64,000 nt of DNA, from NCBI GenBank assembly GCA_963782915.1, contig CAWALK010000015.1, forward strand, positions 128,001 through 192,000. Direction: 5' to 3'. A program made the position numbers and the translations under genes. Shown piece after piece: positions 1-10,207 of this stretch. The number at the start of each line of letters is the position of its first letter. The stretch's first letter is position 1. Below the pieces are notes generated by a model. That model worked only from the letters and a program-made list of their open reading frames with translations, was not told the origin of the DNA and did not search any database. This DNA is from an uncultured archaeon. Lineage in GTDB: Archaea > Thermoproteota > Bathyarchaeia > Bathyarchaeales > Bathycorpusculaceae.

Positions 1-340
1 AGTGGGCAGCGGCTGCTTTTATTGCGTAAACTGCAGCGCCCATACAGTGTGTGGGCACATGCGCTGTTGCTACCGCTTGACCTGCCGCACGTGCAGCATA
101 ACAAGCCGCTGAATCTTTCTCTGCTTCACGGGCTGCTGCATGGGAATCAAGCGAAGCCTTCCGTATCACAGCCATCTTAAACACGCCAGTAGCAGCCCAA
201 GTTCGGCAGGCGTCAATGGCTTTTCTGGGTCTGTCATCGTTTGGGTATTTCTCTTCGAAGAATGGCAGAACATGCTCAGCGCAATCCGCCGCCCAAAGCG
301 CCAGCTTTTTCTGGTCCGACTTGAAAGCCTGATGACCCAT
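1..340 (-). CDS. Imm5-like putative immunity protein (3' end runs off window)
   Basis: Not in ORF track. Manual translation from ATG 340: MGHQAFKSDQKKLALWAADCAEHVLPFFEEKYPNDDRPRKAIDACRTW...AARAAGQAVATAHVPTH; LALWAADCAE..DDRPR..AARAAGQA.ATAH pattern of the Imm5-like family. Confidence 0.75.
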   Translation of the reverse strand, partial: MGHQAFKSDQKKLALWAADCAEHVLPFFEEKYPNDDRPRKAIDACRTWAATGVFKMAVIRKASLDSHAAAREAEKDSAACYAARAAGQAVATAHVPTHCMGAAVYAIKAAAAH

Positions 341-760
341 TAAGGTCTGAGATGGGTCTGTTTAGAATTTCCACAATCGACCGCCTTACCTCTGAAGCTA
401 ATGCGGGCAGTTTCAGTTTTTCGTTTGCATCCTTGTTAAGACATGGGGCTTTCTTCATTCCAAACCGCCTAAATGGAAAGTGCTTTGGCATATACCAAGT
501 AACGCTCGCCCATAAGCGTTAGACTACACAAACGGTTAGGTCATAAACCTTTAAGCGTAGCTGCCCATAAAGAAATCGTTAAGTACTATGGCCCTTTTTT
601 GAACAGAAAGCAGTAAACAACCCATAAATACACAATCCACCAACCCACACCTCAGGTAATACCATGTCAAACGAACCCACACAAAACAACCCCAAAGTAT
701 CAAGCAGCAGTATTTTTCGTACAAGACATCAAAAAATCCAAACAATTCTACAGCGAAGTT

Positions 761-1363
761 TTGGGCCAGAAGATAGTGGCTGACTTTGGCAGAAACATAG
801 GGTTCGAAGGCGGCTTATCCCTCTGGGAGAAAGAGTATGCCCTAAGCGTTATCTTCGAAGAGAAAGCTAAGCAGATAGCTGTTGGAGCGAATAATTCGGA
901 GATATACTTTGAATGCAGCGATATTGAGGCTTTCTTTGAGCGATTGACTAAGGGGCAGGTTAGGGTTATTCACCCTGTTATGGAGCATCCTTGGGGGCAG
1001 CGGGCGTTTAGGGTTTATGATCCTGATAATCATATTCTCGAGTTTGCGGAGCCAATGTCTGAGGTGGTTTTGAGGTTGCACCATGAAGGGTTGGGTGTTG
1101 AGGCGATTGCAGCAAAATCCATGATGCCACCCGAATTCATTAAAAACATTCTCCACATAAAAGAACATTGGTTTGGTGTTTTGGCACCTGCAGTAGCGCC
1201 GTTATGGCGAAAAACGCTGCAAAATACGTTTCGTTTCTTTGCTGCTTCATGTAAGGGGAGGGGAGGCTTCCGAGCAACAGCGATTAGACCTATCTTGATG
1301 CGTAGGGCTAAGAATACCAGTCAATTATTGCTGGAACAACAATCGTCTGCAAATCCACAGTGA
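761..1363 (+). CDS. VOC/glyoxalase family protein
   Basis: EIYFE..DIEAF, EHPWGQRAFRVYDPDNHILEFAE. The frame continues upstream (AAVFFVQDIKKSKQFYSEVLG); the true start is probably ATG 664 across a frameshift. The C-terminal ~65 aa are likely spurious read-through into a repeat. Confidence 0.85.
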   Translation: MGQKIVADFGRNIGFEGGLSLWEKEYALSVIFEEKAKQIAVGANNSEIYFECSDIEAFFERLTKGQVRVIHPVMEHPWGQRAFRVYDPDNHILEFAEPMSEVVLRLHHEGLGVEAIAAKSMMPPEFIKNILHIKEHWFGVLAPAVAPLWRKTLQNTFRFFAASCKGRGGFRATAIRPILMRRAKNTSQLLLEQQSSANPQ

Positions 1364-2045
1364 GATTGTTCAGTTGCTCTGGGCTCAATTCACTTCTTGT
1401 AAAGATGACAAAGCACCAGTTAGCCATGTTTGCGTTGAAGCGAGTCATATCATAGCGGACAGTTAAGACATCAGATAGGTTGGATGTACCTGGGTAGGTT
1501 TCATTTCTGGTCAATAACTCTGGATACTTGGATACGAAAGAGGGCAACATGTGGTCGAATGGGACGCTGGGTGAATCCATAGAGTTAATGTTTTGTAGCG
1601 TTAAGCGCCAAGTGTAATAGCTATAGTTTGGCAGGGTCTGGTTTTTTTCGTACCATGCGTGGTAAGGATCAGTTGGGAAGCCCGCTAAACCTGGCGGAAC
1701 AATGTTTGCTCCGTAGTAGGCGATTGTGGCGGTTACTGCGCCGCCTTGGGTGTAGGTGGGCTGGGGGGTCTGGTTGTCTGGGGGTTGGGCGGTGTAGTTG
1801 ATGCCGTTGATACTTACGCTGCTAATGTTATCGGCGTCTATGTACAGGTTTAGGGTGCCGTTGGTTATGGTTACGTTTTCGATTACACTGCTGTTGGTTA
1901 TAGCATTGTTTATGGTGGCGTTTGAATTGGTGAAGTCGAAGAAGTAACCTGTTTCCTGTGCAACAGCAGCGCTTATGCTGATTACTAAAATTAAGGCGAT
2001 GATGATTGCGGCGACTTTTCGATTCATTGTTATCCAAAAAGGCAA
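1308..2045 (-). CDS. Secreted/membrane-anchored hypothetical protein
   Basis: N-terminal signal/TM segment MNRKVAAIIIALILVISISAAVA; many N-x-S/T sequons. Confidence 0.7.
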   Translation of the reverse strand: MPFWITMNRKVAAIIIALILVISISAAVAQETGYFFDFTNSNATINNAITNSSVIENVTITNGTLNLYIDADNISSVSINGINYTAQPPDNQTPQPTYTQGGAVTATIAYYGANIVPPGLAGFPTDPYHAWYEKNQTLPNYSYYTWRLTLQNINSMDSPSVPFDHMLPSFVSKYPELLTRNETYPGTSNLSDVLTVRYDMTRFNANMANWCFVIFTRSELSPEQLNNLTVDLQTIVVPAIIDWYS

Positions 2046-2203
2046 TGGCTCCTGGTTTCTTATTAAGTTTGGCAGAACCAGCCGTTAACCGCTAAACTGA
2101 AAAGAGCCCCATAACCAAAAAACACAGCCACAACAGGGAAATACCTTAAATCCTACCCTAAAGCTATCTATCAAAGTCCAAAAAACTCTAGGTAACAAGC
2201 AAA

Positions 2204-3325
2204 ATGGCCCAAAAACGTGACTACTACGAAGTACTCGGAGTACAAAAAGGCGCACCCAAAGAACAAATCAAAGATGCCTACCGCAAATTAGCGATGCAGT
2301 ACCATCCAGACCGCAATAAAGACGCAGGCGCAGAAGAAAAATTCAAAGAAATCAGCGAAGCATACGCAGTCCTATCAGACGACCAGAAACGCAGCCAATA
2401 CGATCAGTTAGGCCACAGCGGATTTGACCAACGATACACCTCAGAAGACATCTTCCGAGGAGCAGACTTCGACAGCATATTCCGCGACATGGGCTTTGGC
2501 GATTTATTCCGCAGCATATTCGGCGGCGGAGGCGGGGGATTTGGCGGCTACGAGGAACGTAATCGAGGCCAAGATTTAGCTTACGATTTAGAAATCACAC
2601 TCGAAGAAGCAGCTAAAGGAGCCCAAAAAGACATCGAAATCCCAAGAACGGAACATTGCGATGTCTGCGGCGGCTCAGGTGCAGCACCAGGCACATCCGC
2701 AAGGATTTGCCCAACATGCCACGGCGCAGGCAAAGTCCAGAACATGCGCAAAGCAGGATTTGCCATGTATGTCCAAGTTGTTGCGTGCCCCACATGTAAA
2801 GGCAGAGGAAAACTCATCGAAACCCCATGCAGCAACTGCCACGGCACAGGAGTAGTGCGTAAACGCAGAAAAATCTCTGTTAGAATCCCCGCTGGCATCG
2901 ATGAAGGCTATCAATTGCGATTAAGGGGCGAAGGGGAAGCAGCGCCAAACGAGGGCGAAACAGGCGACTTATACGTACTGGTTCACATTAAACAGCATCC
3001 GCAGTTTGTCCGCGAAGGAGATGACCTATGGCATATAGCCATGATAACTTATCCGCAGGCGGCTTTAGGCTCAGAAATCACTGTGCCAACCTTGGATGGG
3101 CCTGTAACGATTAAGGTTCATGCGGGCACACAAGTCGGCGAAGTCCTAACGCTTAAAGGCAAAGGTATGCCGCGCTTTAGGGGATACGGCAGAGGCGACT
3201 TAAACGTTCGTTTGGGCATAATGGTTCCTGAAAAGTTGACGGCACCTCAGAAAGCGCTGCTTGAGCAGTTAGCTAAAGAATTCGGCACGGATGTATCGTT
3301 GAAAGGCCGAAAATTTAAACTCTAA
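2204..3325 (+). CDS. dnaJ: Molecular chaperone DnaJ
   Basis: J domain with HPD, G/F-rich region, four CxxCxGxG repeats, C-terminal domain. Confidence 0.98.
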   Translation: MAQKRDYYEVLGVQKGAPKEQIKDAYRKLAMQYHPDRNKDAGAEEKFKEISEAYAVLSDDQKRSQYDQLGHSGFDQRYTSEDIFRGADFDSIFRDMGFGDLFRSIFGGGGGGFGGYEERNRGQDLAYDLEITLEEAAKGAQKDIEIPRTEHCDVCGGSGAAPGTSARICPTCHGAGKVQNMRKAGFAMYVQVVACPTCKGRGKLIETPCSNCHGTGVVRKRRKISVRIPAGIDEGYQLRLRGEGEAAPNEGETGDLYVLVHIKQHPQFVREGDDLWHIAMITYPQAALGSEITVPTLDGPVTIKVHAGTQVGEVLTLKGKGMPRFRGYGRGDLNVRLGIMVPEKLTAPQKALLEQLAKEFGTDVSLKGRKFKL

Positions 3326-3440
3326 ACCGCTAAACCATTAACCTATTTTATAGTTGGTTAGCGGTAACATAAAATTTTTAAACTAAACACGAGATAGAGA
3401 ATAGCTAAATTTTAAGAGAGAGAGAAAAAAAAAAAAAAAC

Positions 3441-3863
3441 ATGGAAATCGACATAGCCTCGTTACTCATAGGACTCGTCATAAACATCATCATCTGGATA
3501 ATCGCTGCTGTACCATCACTTTGGATATCAGGCAGACTACTCGCAGGCAAACAAAACGCCAAATTCACTGATGCACTCTGGATAGTTATCATTGGCACAG
3601 TCATCTTCTACTTCACAAACTGGGCCATAACAAACTTCTTACCCGACGTCTTCGGTTCGCTGATTGGCTCGCTTATTGCATACTTTATACTGCTGATTAT
3701 CTGGTTAGCTTTGGTTAAGCACTTCTTTGACTGCGGTTGGCTCAGAGCATTGGCGATAAGCATCGTTGCAGTGATATTTGCCATCATAATTTGGCTCATC
3801 ATCGGCTTCATATTCGCGCTTATCGGCTTTGGCACAGGCTGGTTCCCCATCCCAACACTTTAG
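3441..3863 (+). CDS. Small polytopic membrane protein (4 TM)
   Basis: Four hydrophobic stretches; T-rich tract downstream. Confidence 0.8.
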   Translation: MEIDIASLLIGLVINIIIWIIAAVPSLWISGRLLAGKQNAKFTDALWIVIIGTVIFYFTNWAITNFLPDVFGSLIGSLIAYFILLIIWLALVKHFFDCGWLRALAISIVAVIFAIIIWLIIGFIFALIGFGTGWFPIPTL

Positions 3864-3969
3864 CGGCATCTAAATTCACCCTCTTTATTTTTTTTATACA
3901 ATCGACTGTATTTCTAGTTGCAACTGCTTCAACCCATAATACGCAAGCACCTAAATCAGAAACAGGTTT

Positions 3970-5229
3970 TTAGGCTACAAATTGCCCGTTAAGAAAACCC
4001 ATCCACAAATCCAAAGCAATAGCAAAGAAAACGCCACATATTATTGCTGCAATAGTTATTGATTTTTTACTGCCTGAGAAACCAGCGGTTAAGGGTATCC
4101 ATAGCGGAAACAGTACAGAGACAAACCGCGGCGTAGACACCAATGCACCAAAGAATAAGATTCCAGCGTAACCAGCGATTGCATATAACCATAGCGACTT
4201 GTCGAGTTTCCAAGTTTTTCTGGACAATAAAAGAGGAAAAAACAAGGCACAAACAACGGCTAAAGGAAGAAGCCAATGGGTTATGATTGGCGGTGGCTGA
4301 AAAGGCGCGGTTAAGATAACATTCACGCCATAACGTGGAATACCCTCCGTGAGTAGGGTTCGAAAAGAGTAGAGGTTACTCCACTCAGACGTATCCACAG
4401 GGGCAAGGAAATCACCCGCTGAAAAACCTAAAACCACAAACCAACAAATCAAGGAAACTATGGGAACCAGACTAACCAAGACATTTCGGATTCTGTGATT
4501 TTTATGCTTAAAAGAATAATATAGCATCGGAAAAGCAACTATGATTCCCATTGTTCTCGCTAAAGGTGCCATTGCAGCAAACACACCCGCACCCAACAGT
4601 TTACCCTTCTTAAATAGAAGCCAAGCGCCTAAAACAAAGAACAAAAGCAAACCCTCGCTATAAGCTACAGTAGTGAACACAAAAAGATAGGGCGAAAACG
4701 CCAAAAGCAAAGCCGAGAGCAGAGCCGCTTTTTTTCCAATGTAGCTTTCTGCCAGTAACTGATAAAGCGGAATCCAAAGCACACCGAAAACCAAGGCAAT
4801 CAGTGAAAGCGAAGCCGTAGGGTTTTGCAAAACCAAATTTGCGACAGCCCCAAAAAAGGGCAGTACTGGCGAAAAAGTATAACTCTGTACCGAGAAACCA
4901 TAACCATTCGTCAAAATATCCAGGTACCATGCGCTGTCCCAGCCCAAGAATGTGAGCGGCCACTTGTCCAGGGGTAGGGGATTTGTGCGAAAGGCATTGT
5001 CTTGTACCCAAGCATATACTCTGTTTGGGTCCGACCAAAATGTTCCAGCGCTATTGATGTTTAGGGAATAATAGATGAATACTGCTCCTGCGATTTTGGC
5101 TGCGAGAATTATGAGGAGGGGAATGAGGAGTCTTTTTGGAATTTTGATTTTTCCTAGTTGGAGGGATGATTCTAAAAAATCGTTAAAAGAAAAATCCTCC
5201 TCGCTCATTAATCGGGCATTACTACGCAA
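3970..5229 (-). CDS. GT-C membrane glycosyltransferase, PIG-V/GT76-like mannosyltransferase
   Basis: WDSAWYLDI..GY..F.P and AYSEGL motifs, about 10 TM helices. Confidence 0.8.
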   Translation of the reverse strand: MRSNARLMSEEDFSFNDFLESSLQLGKIKIPKRLLIPLLIILAAKIAGAVFIYYSLNINSAGTFWSDPNRVYAWVQDNAFRTNPLPLDKWPLTFLGWDSAWYLDILTNGYGFSVQSYTFSPVLPFFGAVANLVLQNPTASLSLIALVFGVLWIPLYQLLAESYIGKKAALLSALLLAFSPYLFVFTTVAYSEGLLLFFVLGAWLLFKKGKLLGAGVFAAMAPLARTMGIIVAFPMLYYSFKHKNHRIRNVLVSLVPIVSLICWFVVLGFSAGDFLAPVDTSEWSNLYSFRTLLTEGIPRYGVNVILTAPFQPPPIITHWLLPLAVVCALFFPLLLSRKTWKLDKSLWLYAIAGYAGILFFGALVSTPRFVSVLFPLWIPLTAGFSGSKKSITIAAIICGVFFAIALDLWMGFLNGQFVA

Positions 5230-5253
5230 AAGCAGTAAAAAATAGGTAAAAAA

Positions 5254-6345
5254 TCAAGTTTTATCAATTACAATAAACCCTTTTTGCTTAAAAGACATAA
5301 CCCACGATAAACTCTCCATCACCCCAATCAAAGGTATAACAACAATATACCACCATTTACTCGATTTAAAAACGCCGTAACAATACAAGAGCCAATAAGC
5401 GATTCCGCCAGGTAGCGCTGGCCACATTGGCCCCCAAGTTGACCAAAGAAAAGCAAAAGCCCAAGACCCAAAAAGACCTAATGCCCAAAAAGAAACCCGC
5501 GTACCCACAATCAATTGCATGGGAGTAGTTACGTTTTTTAGTTCAAGCGATATGCCCTTAAACCATCTACCTCTCTGCCGCATTAAATCATGAAGGCTGT
5601 TTGGCGATTTAAGCGAAACTTTAGTTTTGCTCTGCCAAGTGCGGTAATTTCTTTTTATTAATTCAGCTGAGAAATGGAAATCTTCAGTTATTGTATGGTA
5701 ATCATAGCCTATTTCTTTGAGGATTTCACCCTTTGCACATAACAATTCGCCATGCAAACCCACAAACGGTCTTCCAAGCAAACCTGTAAAAAATCGATAA
5801 ACCGTTAGGTCGTCATATATTCGAATAGAATCCATTACATAAGTCAGGGTGCTTTTTCCTCTTCTCATCACAAGTATGGGGTTCATTGCGACATAGCCAT
5901 GCTCTTCGTAATAGGGGATTTCATAGAGAAACTCTGTATCCAAAACCAAGTTATCATCATCTACAAATCCGTACCATCGTCCATTTTGCACATGGGTTTC
6001 GATAAAATAATCAATCGCACGACCCTTAGCAACCAGATGGGGCTTGAACGTTTTAGGCACAATGATGAGGTTACTGGCTGGAAGCTCATCAATCAAAGCT
6101 GCGCCTTCATCAACCAAAATATGGAATTTCAGGTTTAATTTGCGGATGTTCTCGATAGTTTCAAACAAGCTGTTTCTAACTTTTGGGCTTGCAATACTTA
6201 CAATTATAATTTCCACGTTTTTTGCGGGTTCCTTGGCTTTCTTTGGTTTGTAAGTTAGACTGATTACTCCCAGAATAGTCCAGAGTAGAAACATGGACCA
6301 ACAAAGGAATGCTATGATTCTGAGTACTTCAACAATTTCTAGCAA
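5254..6345 (-). CDS. GT2 family membrane glycosyltransferase
   Basis: AKGRA, VDDD, TED and QRGRW motifs; N- and C-terminal TM segments. Confidence 0.88.
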   Translation of the reverse strand: MLEIVEVLRIIAFLCWSMFLLWTILGVISLTYKPKKAKEPAKNVEIIIVSIASPKVRNSLFETIENIRKLNLKFHILVDEGAALIDELPASNLIIVPKTFKPHLVAKGRAIDYFIETHVQNGRWYGFVDDDNLVLDTEFLYEIPYYEEHGYVAMNPILVMRRGKSTLTYVMDSIRIYDDLTVYRFFTGLLGRPFVGLHGELLCAKGEILKEIGYDYHTITEDFHFSAELIKRNYRTWQSKTKVSLKSPNSLHDLMRQRGRWFKGISLELKNVTTPMQLIVGTRVSFWALGLFGSWAFAFLWSTWGPMWPALPGGIAYWLLYCYGVFKSSKWWYIVVIPLIGVMESLSWVMSFKQKGFIVIDKT

Positions 6346-6454
6346 ACAGTTTTCAATCCTGTTTTCTAAAATTCTAAACCCATTGGTTACTCACTAACTT
6401 CAACCGCTCAAGAATAGGTTGTCTGCAAAAAGGATTAGCCAATTTAATTAATAA

Positions 6455-6913
6455 TCAAGGATTAACTGTTATCGTTCCCCATAGCCCCAAGTCAACATGA
6501 CCTGGTACTTGGCAAATATAGTAGTAGTTTCCTGCTGAGCCAGCTGTGAAGGTTACTTGACCGCTTGATCCTGCATTTATGGGGGTGATAACGGCGTTCC
6601 AAAGTACATGTGCGGTTGTTGCTTTGGCGTCTACTATGGCCCAGTTATGCTGCATCGTTCCAACGTTATGAAGCGTCATTGTATATGTCTGACCTGCCGT
6701 CAGCGTTATTGTTGGTCCTGGATTAGAAGTTAAAGTTGTGGAGGTATTGCCAAAGCCATAGGAAGTAGCCGTTATTTCGCCGACATATAGCGTAAGAGGG
6801 GTAGCTGAACCAGTTTGGGGTGTCAGTGTTGTAGTATAATAATAAACCGAAACAATAATTACCACTGCAATTACAATCGCTACTAATCCATACACTATTT
6901 GCTTCTTAGGCAT
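6455..6913 (-). CDS. Membrane-anchored cupredoxin (plastocyanin/sulfocyanin-like)
   Basis: N-terminal TM, HN motif, GNYYYICQVPGHVDLGLWGTITV type-1 Cu loop. Confidence 0.88.
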   Translation of the reverse strand: MPKKQIVYGLVAIVIAVVIIVSVYYYTTTLTPQTGSATPLTLYVGEITATSYGFGNTSTTLTSNPGPTITLTAGQTYTMTLHNVGTMQHNWAIVDAKATTAHVLWNAVITPINAGSSGQVTFTAGSAGNYYYICQVPGHVDLGLWGTITVNP

Positions 6914-7342
6914 ACTTTGTTTTGCCCCATTATTCGTTTACGCTAAATCGATTAAGGTGGGAGTGCAGATTTAACCATGTGCTGTTGGCAGGGCACAATC
7001 ACGAACTGAATAGTGGACAAAGACAAAAAGGAGCGCCAAAAAAAAACAAATGCAATCTATATGGCCAGACCTTCGACTCTGGCGAAGAACGGGATAACAT
7101 AACTAAAAAGTGGATTCCCAATGCTTACCGCTCTCAAATCTCTTTAATAACGATGGAAAAAAGTAAATCGGATATGATAGGATAACTTCAGCGCTATAGC
7201 TTAACGATTTTTTTAATCTAATTAGAATAACCAGTTAAAAATTGAACTTAAAGCCCACTAACAAGAAAGAATAGATGCAATTGTTACCATTTGGTCCTCA
7301 AAAAACCATTTCAGTCAGGCTTCGATTTTATTCCGAATCATC

Positions 7343-7789
7343 TTAGTGCTGCATTGGTTTTTCCATAGCATAATAACCTGCAGTTACCTCGTTTTTGTGT
7401 GCTGAAAAAGCCGCTAAAACTTCACCTTTTTCCCTTTCAGGCACATGGTAGTAATCAAGGGCTTTGGCAAGTTCTCCTGCAACAGCATCGAATTCATCGG
7501 GGGATATGTGAAGATCAAAGTGTGCTTTCTCTAGACCCATCTGTGTTGCTCCCGGTTTTGTACCTGTATACTGGAATGGTCCGCCTGCTACTGCACAGAC
7601 CCATAATGTACGCATCCACTTAAGCCCAGGTAATCTTTCCAATTCCTCTGTATGCCACTTTCTAAGTGCAGGGTTCTGTGACATTTGACCTGCTACTCGA
7701 TTCTTTACAACTTCGTCGCTGAAACGGTTAACAACGGCTGCTATAGCGAAAACGCCGCCTAAACGGTCATACAAGCTTTTTTCTGCCAT
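7343..7789 (-). CDS. Group 1 truncated haemoglobin
   Basis: SLYDRLGG, GGPFQYTG, proximal AH, EFDAV motifs. Start placed at ATG 7789 after GAAGGT (ORF track start 7837 abuts the TATA-like box). Confidence 0.88.
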   Translation of the reverse strand: MAEKSLYDRLGGVFAIAAVVNRFSDEVVKNRVAGQMSQNPALRKWHTEELERLPGLKWMRTLWVCAVAGGPFQYTGTKPGATQMGLEKAHFDLHISPDEFDAVAGELAKALDYYHVPEREKGEVLAAFSAHKNEVTAGYYAMEKPMQH

Positions 7790-7952
7790 TATTTTACCTT
7801 CTTTTTCCCTCTGCATTAGGAATTCGAGTTTGCCCATTTATTTAAAAGGTTGTGGGAACAGTGATATGCCCACAAATTCTATTTCCGTATAAATAAGAGG
7901 GGTCCTGGGCAACAATTACTAAAGAAAAACAGGCACCCAAAACTTTTCAGTT

Positions 7953-8798
7953 TTAGGCTGACTTTGGATTTTTGGGTTTGCGCACCCTTAAAGCCACAAA
8001 TCCCACCACACCGACCGCGACAACGGCGCCTGCACCTGCCAAAGCAATCCAGTAAACAGGCAACGCCTCAGAACCAGCTAAACTGTAAGATTGAAGCTCC
8101 ATGGTAGCAACGACGTTTCCTGTGGGGTCATAATCTGTCTCTTTGACTTGCATGCCCACGTTTGGTGCATAATAGATTTCTTGAACATAGCCGTCCACAG
8201 CGGTTCCGACTAACACATACGTCTCAAACGTGCCCGCTGAAGTCGCTACATTTTCTGTTCTATCAACTTTAAAGTTCATTGTTGATTGTACTGTGCTGCT
8301 GTCGTGGTTGAGTTGTCCGTCGGTATCCGTGTCGGTGGTGCTGGTTGCGGTGGAATTCGCGGTCCATGTTTTGCCCACTGATAATGGGAAGCCACCGTTA
8401 ATTCCAAAAGCGGGTGAATAAACAGTGTTTGTAGTTGAAGATGACCTGTTGGTTACATCCGCTCGGTTGGTTGTAACTGTTCTGTTTTGGTTAATTTCTA
8501 CTAAGCTATAGTCTGATTTGAGGTAATATTCTTTGAAGGTGAAGGTTGCAGGTCCGGATATGTTTGTTCCGTATACAATCCCTGAACCGGTGGAGGTTAA
8601 CTCGAAGCATTCATTGTTTGTTGCGGGGTTTTGGGTTGTGGTTTGCGTGACGGTTGTGGTTAAATTGAAAAGTATTCCTTCCTCGCCTTTGTAATCGACG
8701 ATAAATCGCCATTCATCACCCAATGATCGCGTGGGTAAACTTGGGGATTGATCATCCGCTGCAAGGGCAAACGGAATAACGCAACTGCTATAGGACAA
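7953..8798 (-). CDS. Secreted beta-rich protein with C-terminal TM anchor
   Basis: S/T-rich, ENVATSAGTFETY and YYAPNVG motifs, C-terminal TM plus basic tail; 5' end probably frameshifted. Confidence 0.75.
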   Translation of the reverse strand: MSYSSCVIPFALAADDQSPSLPTRSLGDEWRFIVDYKGEEGILFNLTTTVTQTTTQNPATNNECFELTSTGSGIVYGTNISGPATFTFKEYYLKSDYSLVEINQNRTVTTNRADVTNRSSSTTNTVYSPAFGINGGFPLSVGKTWTANSTATSTTDTDTDGQLNHDSSTVQSTMNFKVDRTENVATSAGTFETYVLVGTAVDGYVQEIYYAPNVGMQVKETDYDPTGNVVATMELQSYSLAGSEALPVYWIALAGAGAVVAVGVVGFVALRVRKPKNPKSA

Positions 8799-8918
8799 AA
8801 ATGCATACTAATAATTTTGCAAGGGCTTGATTGTTACTCAACCGACTTATCTCCGGCAAGCTAAGCTTCAGGAGAATTCCATTTAAGCTTTGCCCCCAAA
8901 AAAGCGGTTAAAATTTTG

Positions 8919-8996
8919 TGGTGGGCCGGACCGGATTCGGACCGGCGACCTTCTGCACGTCAAGCAGATGTCCTAACCAGGCTAGACGACCGGCCC
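8919..8996 (-). tRNA. tRNA-Val(GAC)
   Basis: GGGCCGGTCGTCTAGCCTGGTTAGGACATCTGCTTGACGTGCAGAAGGTCGCCGGTCCGAATCCGGTCCGGCCCACCA; cloverleaf with anticodon GAC, encoded CCA. Confidence 0.95.
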
Positions 8997-9235
8997 ACAC
9001 ATTTTGCACTCTTTTCAATAGCGCCTTCCTATATATGCTCATCGTTTCAGAGGTAGGCACTTTGGTTAAAGAAACAGGCTTATTTGCGCTTTCTATGCGT
9101 TGCTTGTATGGTGGAGTGCCCGCATTAATACGTGTGTTCTGGAAGGTTTATCCTAAAAAGTGGAGGTAAGTCCAGAACTGCCTGACTCTTACAAAAAAAT
9201 TGTCCTTTGAAACAAAATCATTACTTCTAAAGTAG

Positions 9236-10025
9236 TCACATAGTGTTTGGGTAAGTACTATCAATCGCCCTCGCGTTCTGCTCTGCAAACTTGATTGTTT
9301 GGATCGTATTGTTTTTGCAATCAGTTAGCTGTTGCATTTGCAGTTCGGGCAGTTTCGCGTACACTAAAAAGCTCTCTATTGCACGGGCAAAGCAGAGCAT
9401 TTTGAGGATTTCTGTTGTTATGATGATGAGGCAATATTTGGGTGGCCTTGTCGCCCGTATTTCGGAGAATAAGCGGTTTAATTGGGTTCTCGAGTTTGCA
9501 CCGTAATAGCCAGCTTTGTATTGAATCCATTTTTCTGCATCAAAAGATAGCAATAGTTTGTTCACATAGTAATGGTCGTAATGCCTGCCGAGGCTTTCAA
9601 TTACTTCAGAGGCAAAGTGGGGATCAACGTATCTGCTGTACTCGTTTTGGAAAAATAGGAATTGTTCGCTTTGATTAAAATCGGTTGCGGCGTAATCGAG
9701 TAAATGGCAGAATTCTTCTAAAATGATAAACTCGCAATTATCGTCTGTTTTTTTTTTCAGGCCGTCGGTGTTGATTGCTATGGCGCTTCTGCCTTGTTTG
9801 GCGGCGTATGCATATGTTTGAGCGGGCATTTTGCCTTGGAAGCGTCCGCCGATTGCTTGGGTGATTTCCTGCTGAAAAACTTCAAGCAGGGAATTATTGT
9901 CGATGAATAGGATTTTTAGGGTGTTGTAATCGTCTGCAATTTGTGTTTTGGCTAATCAATGTTTCGCATATCGTTTTATAACGATTAACATCGTTTCTTG
10001 TCGTTGATCTGTACTGTGTTTCCAT
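9236..10025 (-). CDS. Hypothetical protein (frameshift near 9955)
   Basis: ORF 9236-9829 extends upstream in frame to ~9955 and joins ATG 10025 across a frameshift; contains degenerate HExxH-like LEEFCH. Confidence 0.55.
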
Positions 10026-10207
10026 ACTTCCACTCGCTTGGGTCTATAGCTTGTGGCAATGATAGTTATAGATTTTTGTGGTGTTTGTTAACTGCCACTC
10101 ATTCTGCAGCAAATAATTCAGAAGAAAATCGCTGCGCATTCTCTGGGTGTTGATAACAGATGTTTTAAGTATCTTCCACCATAATATACCCTGTCTGGAT
10201 ATGGGCT

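Noticed and set aside
8919-8996. Unusual T-loop TCCGAAT in tRNA-Val(GAC), and the T-stem mismatch in tRNA-Phe, as RNA editing or att scars
   Set aside because: Single-base deviations in an evidently error-prone consensus; no duplicated tRNA ends were found.
9950-9965. In-frame TGA read-through (Sec or recoding) in the 9.2-10.0-kb gene
   Set aside because: Base counting shows ATG 10025 is out of frame with the downstream ORF; it is a frameshift, not a read-through.
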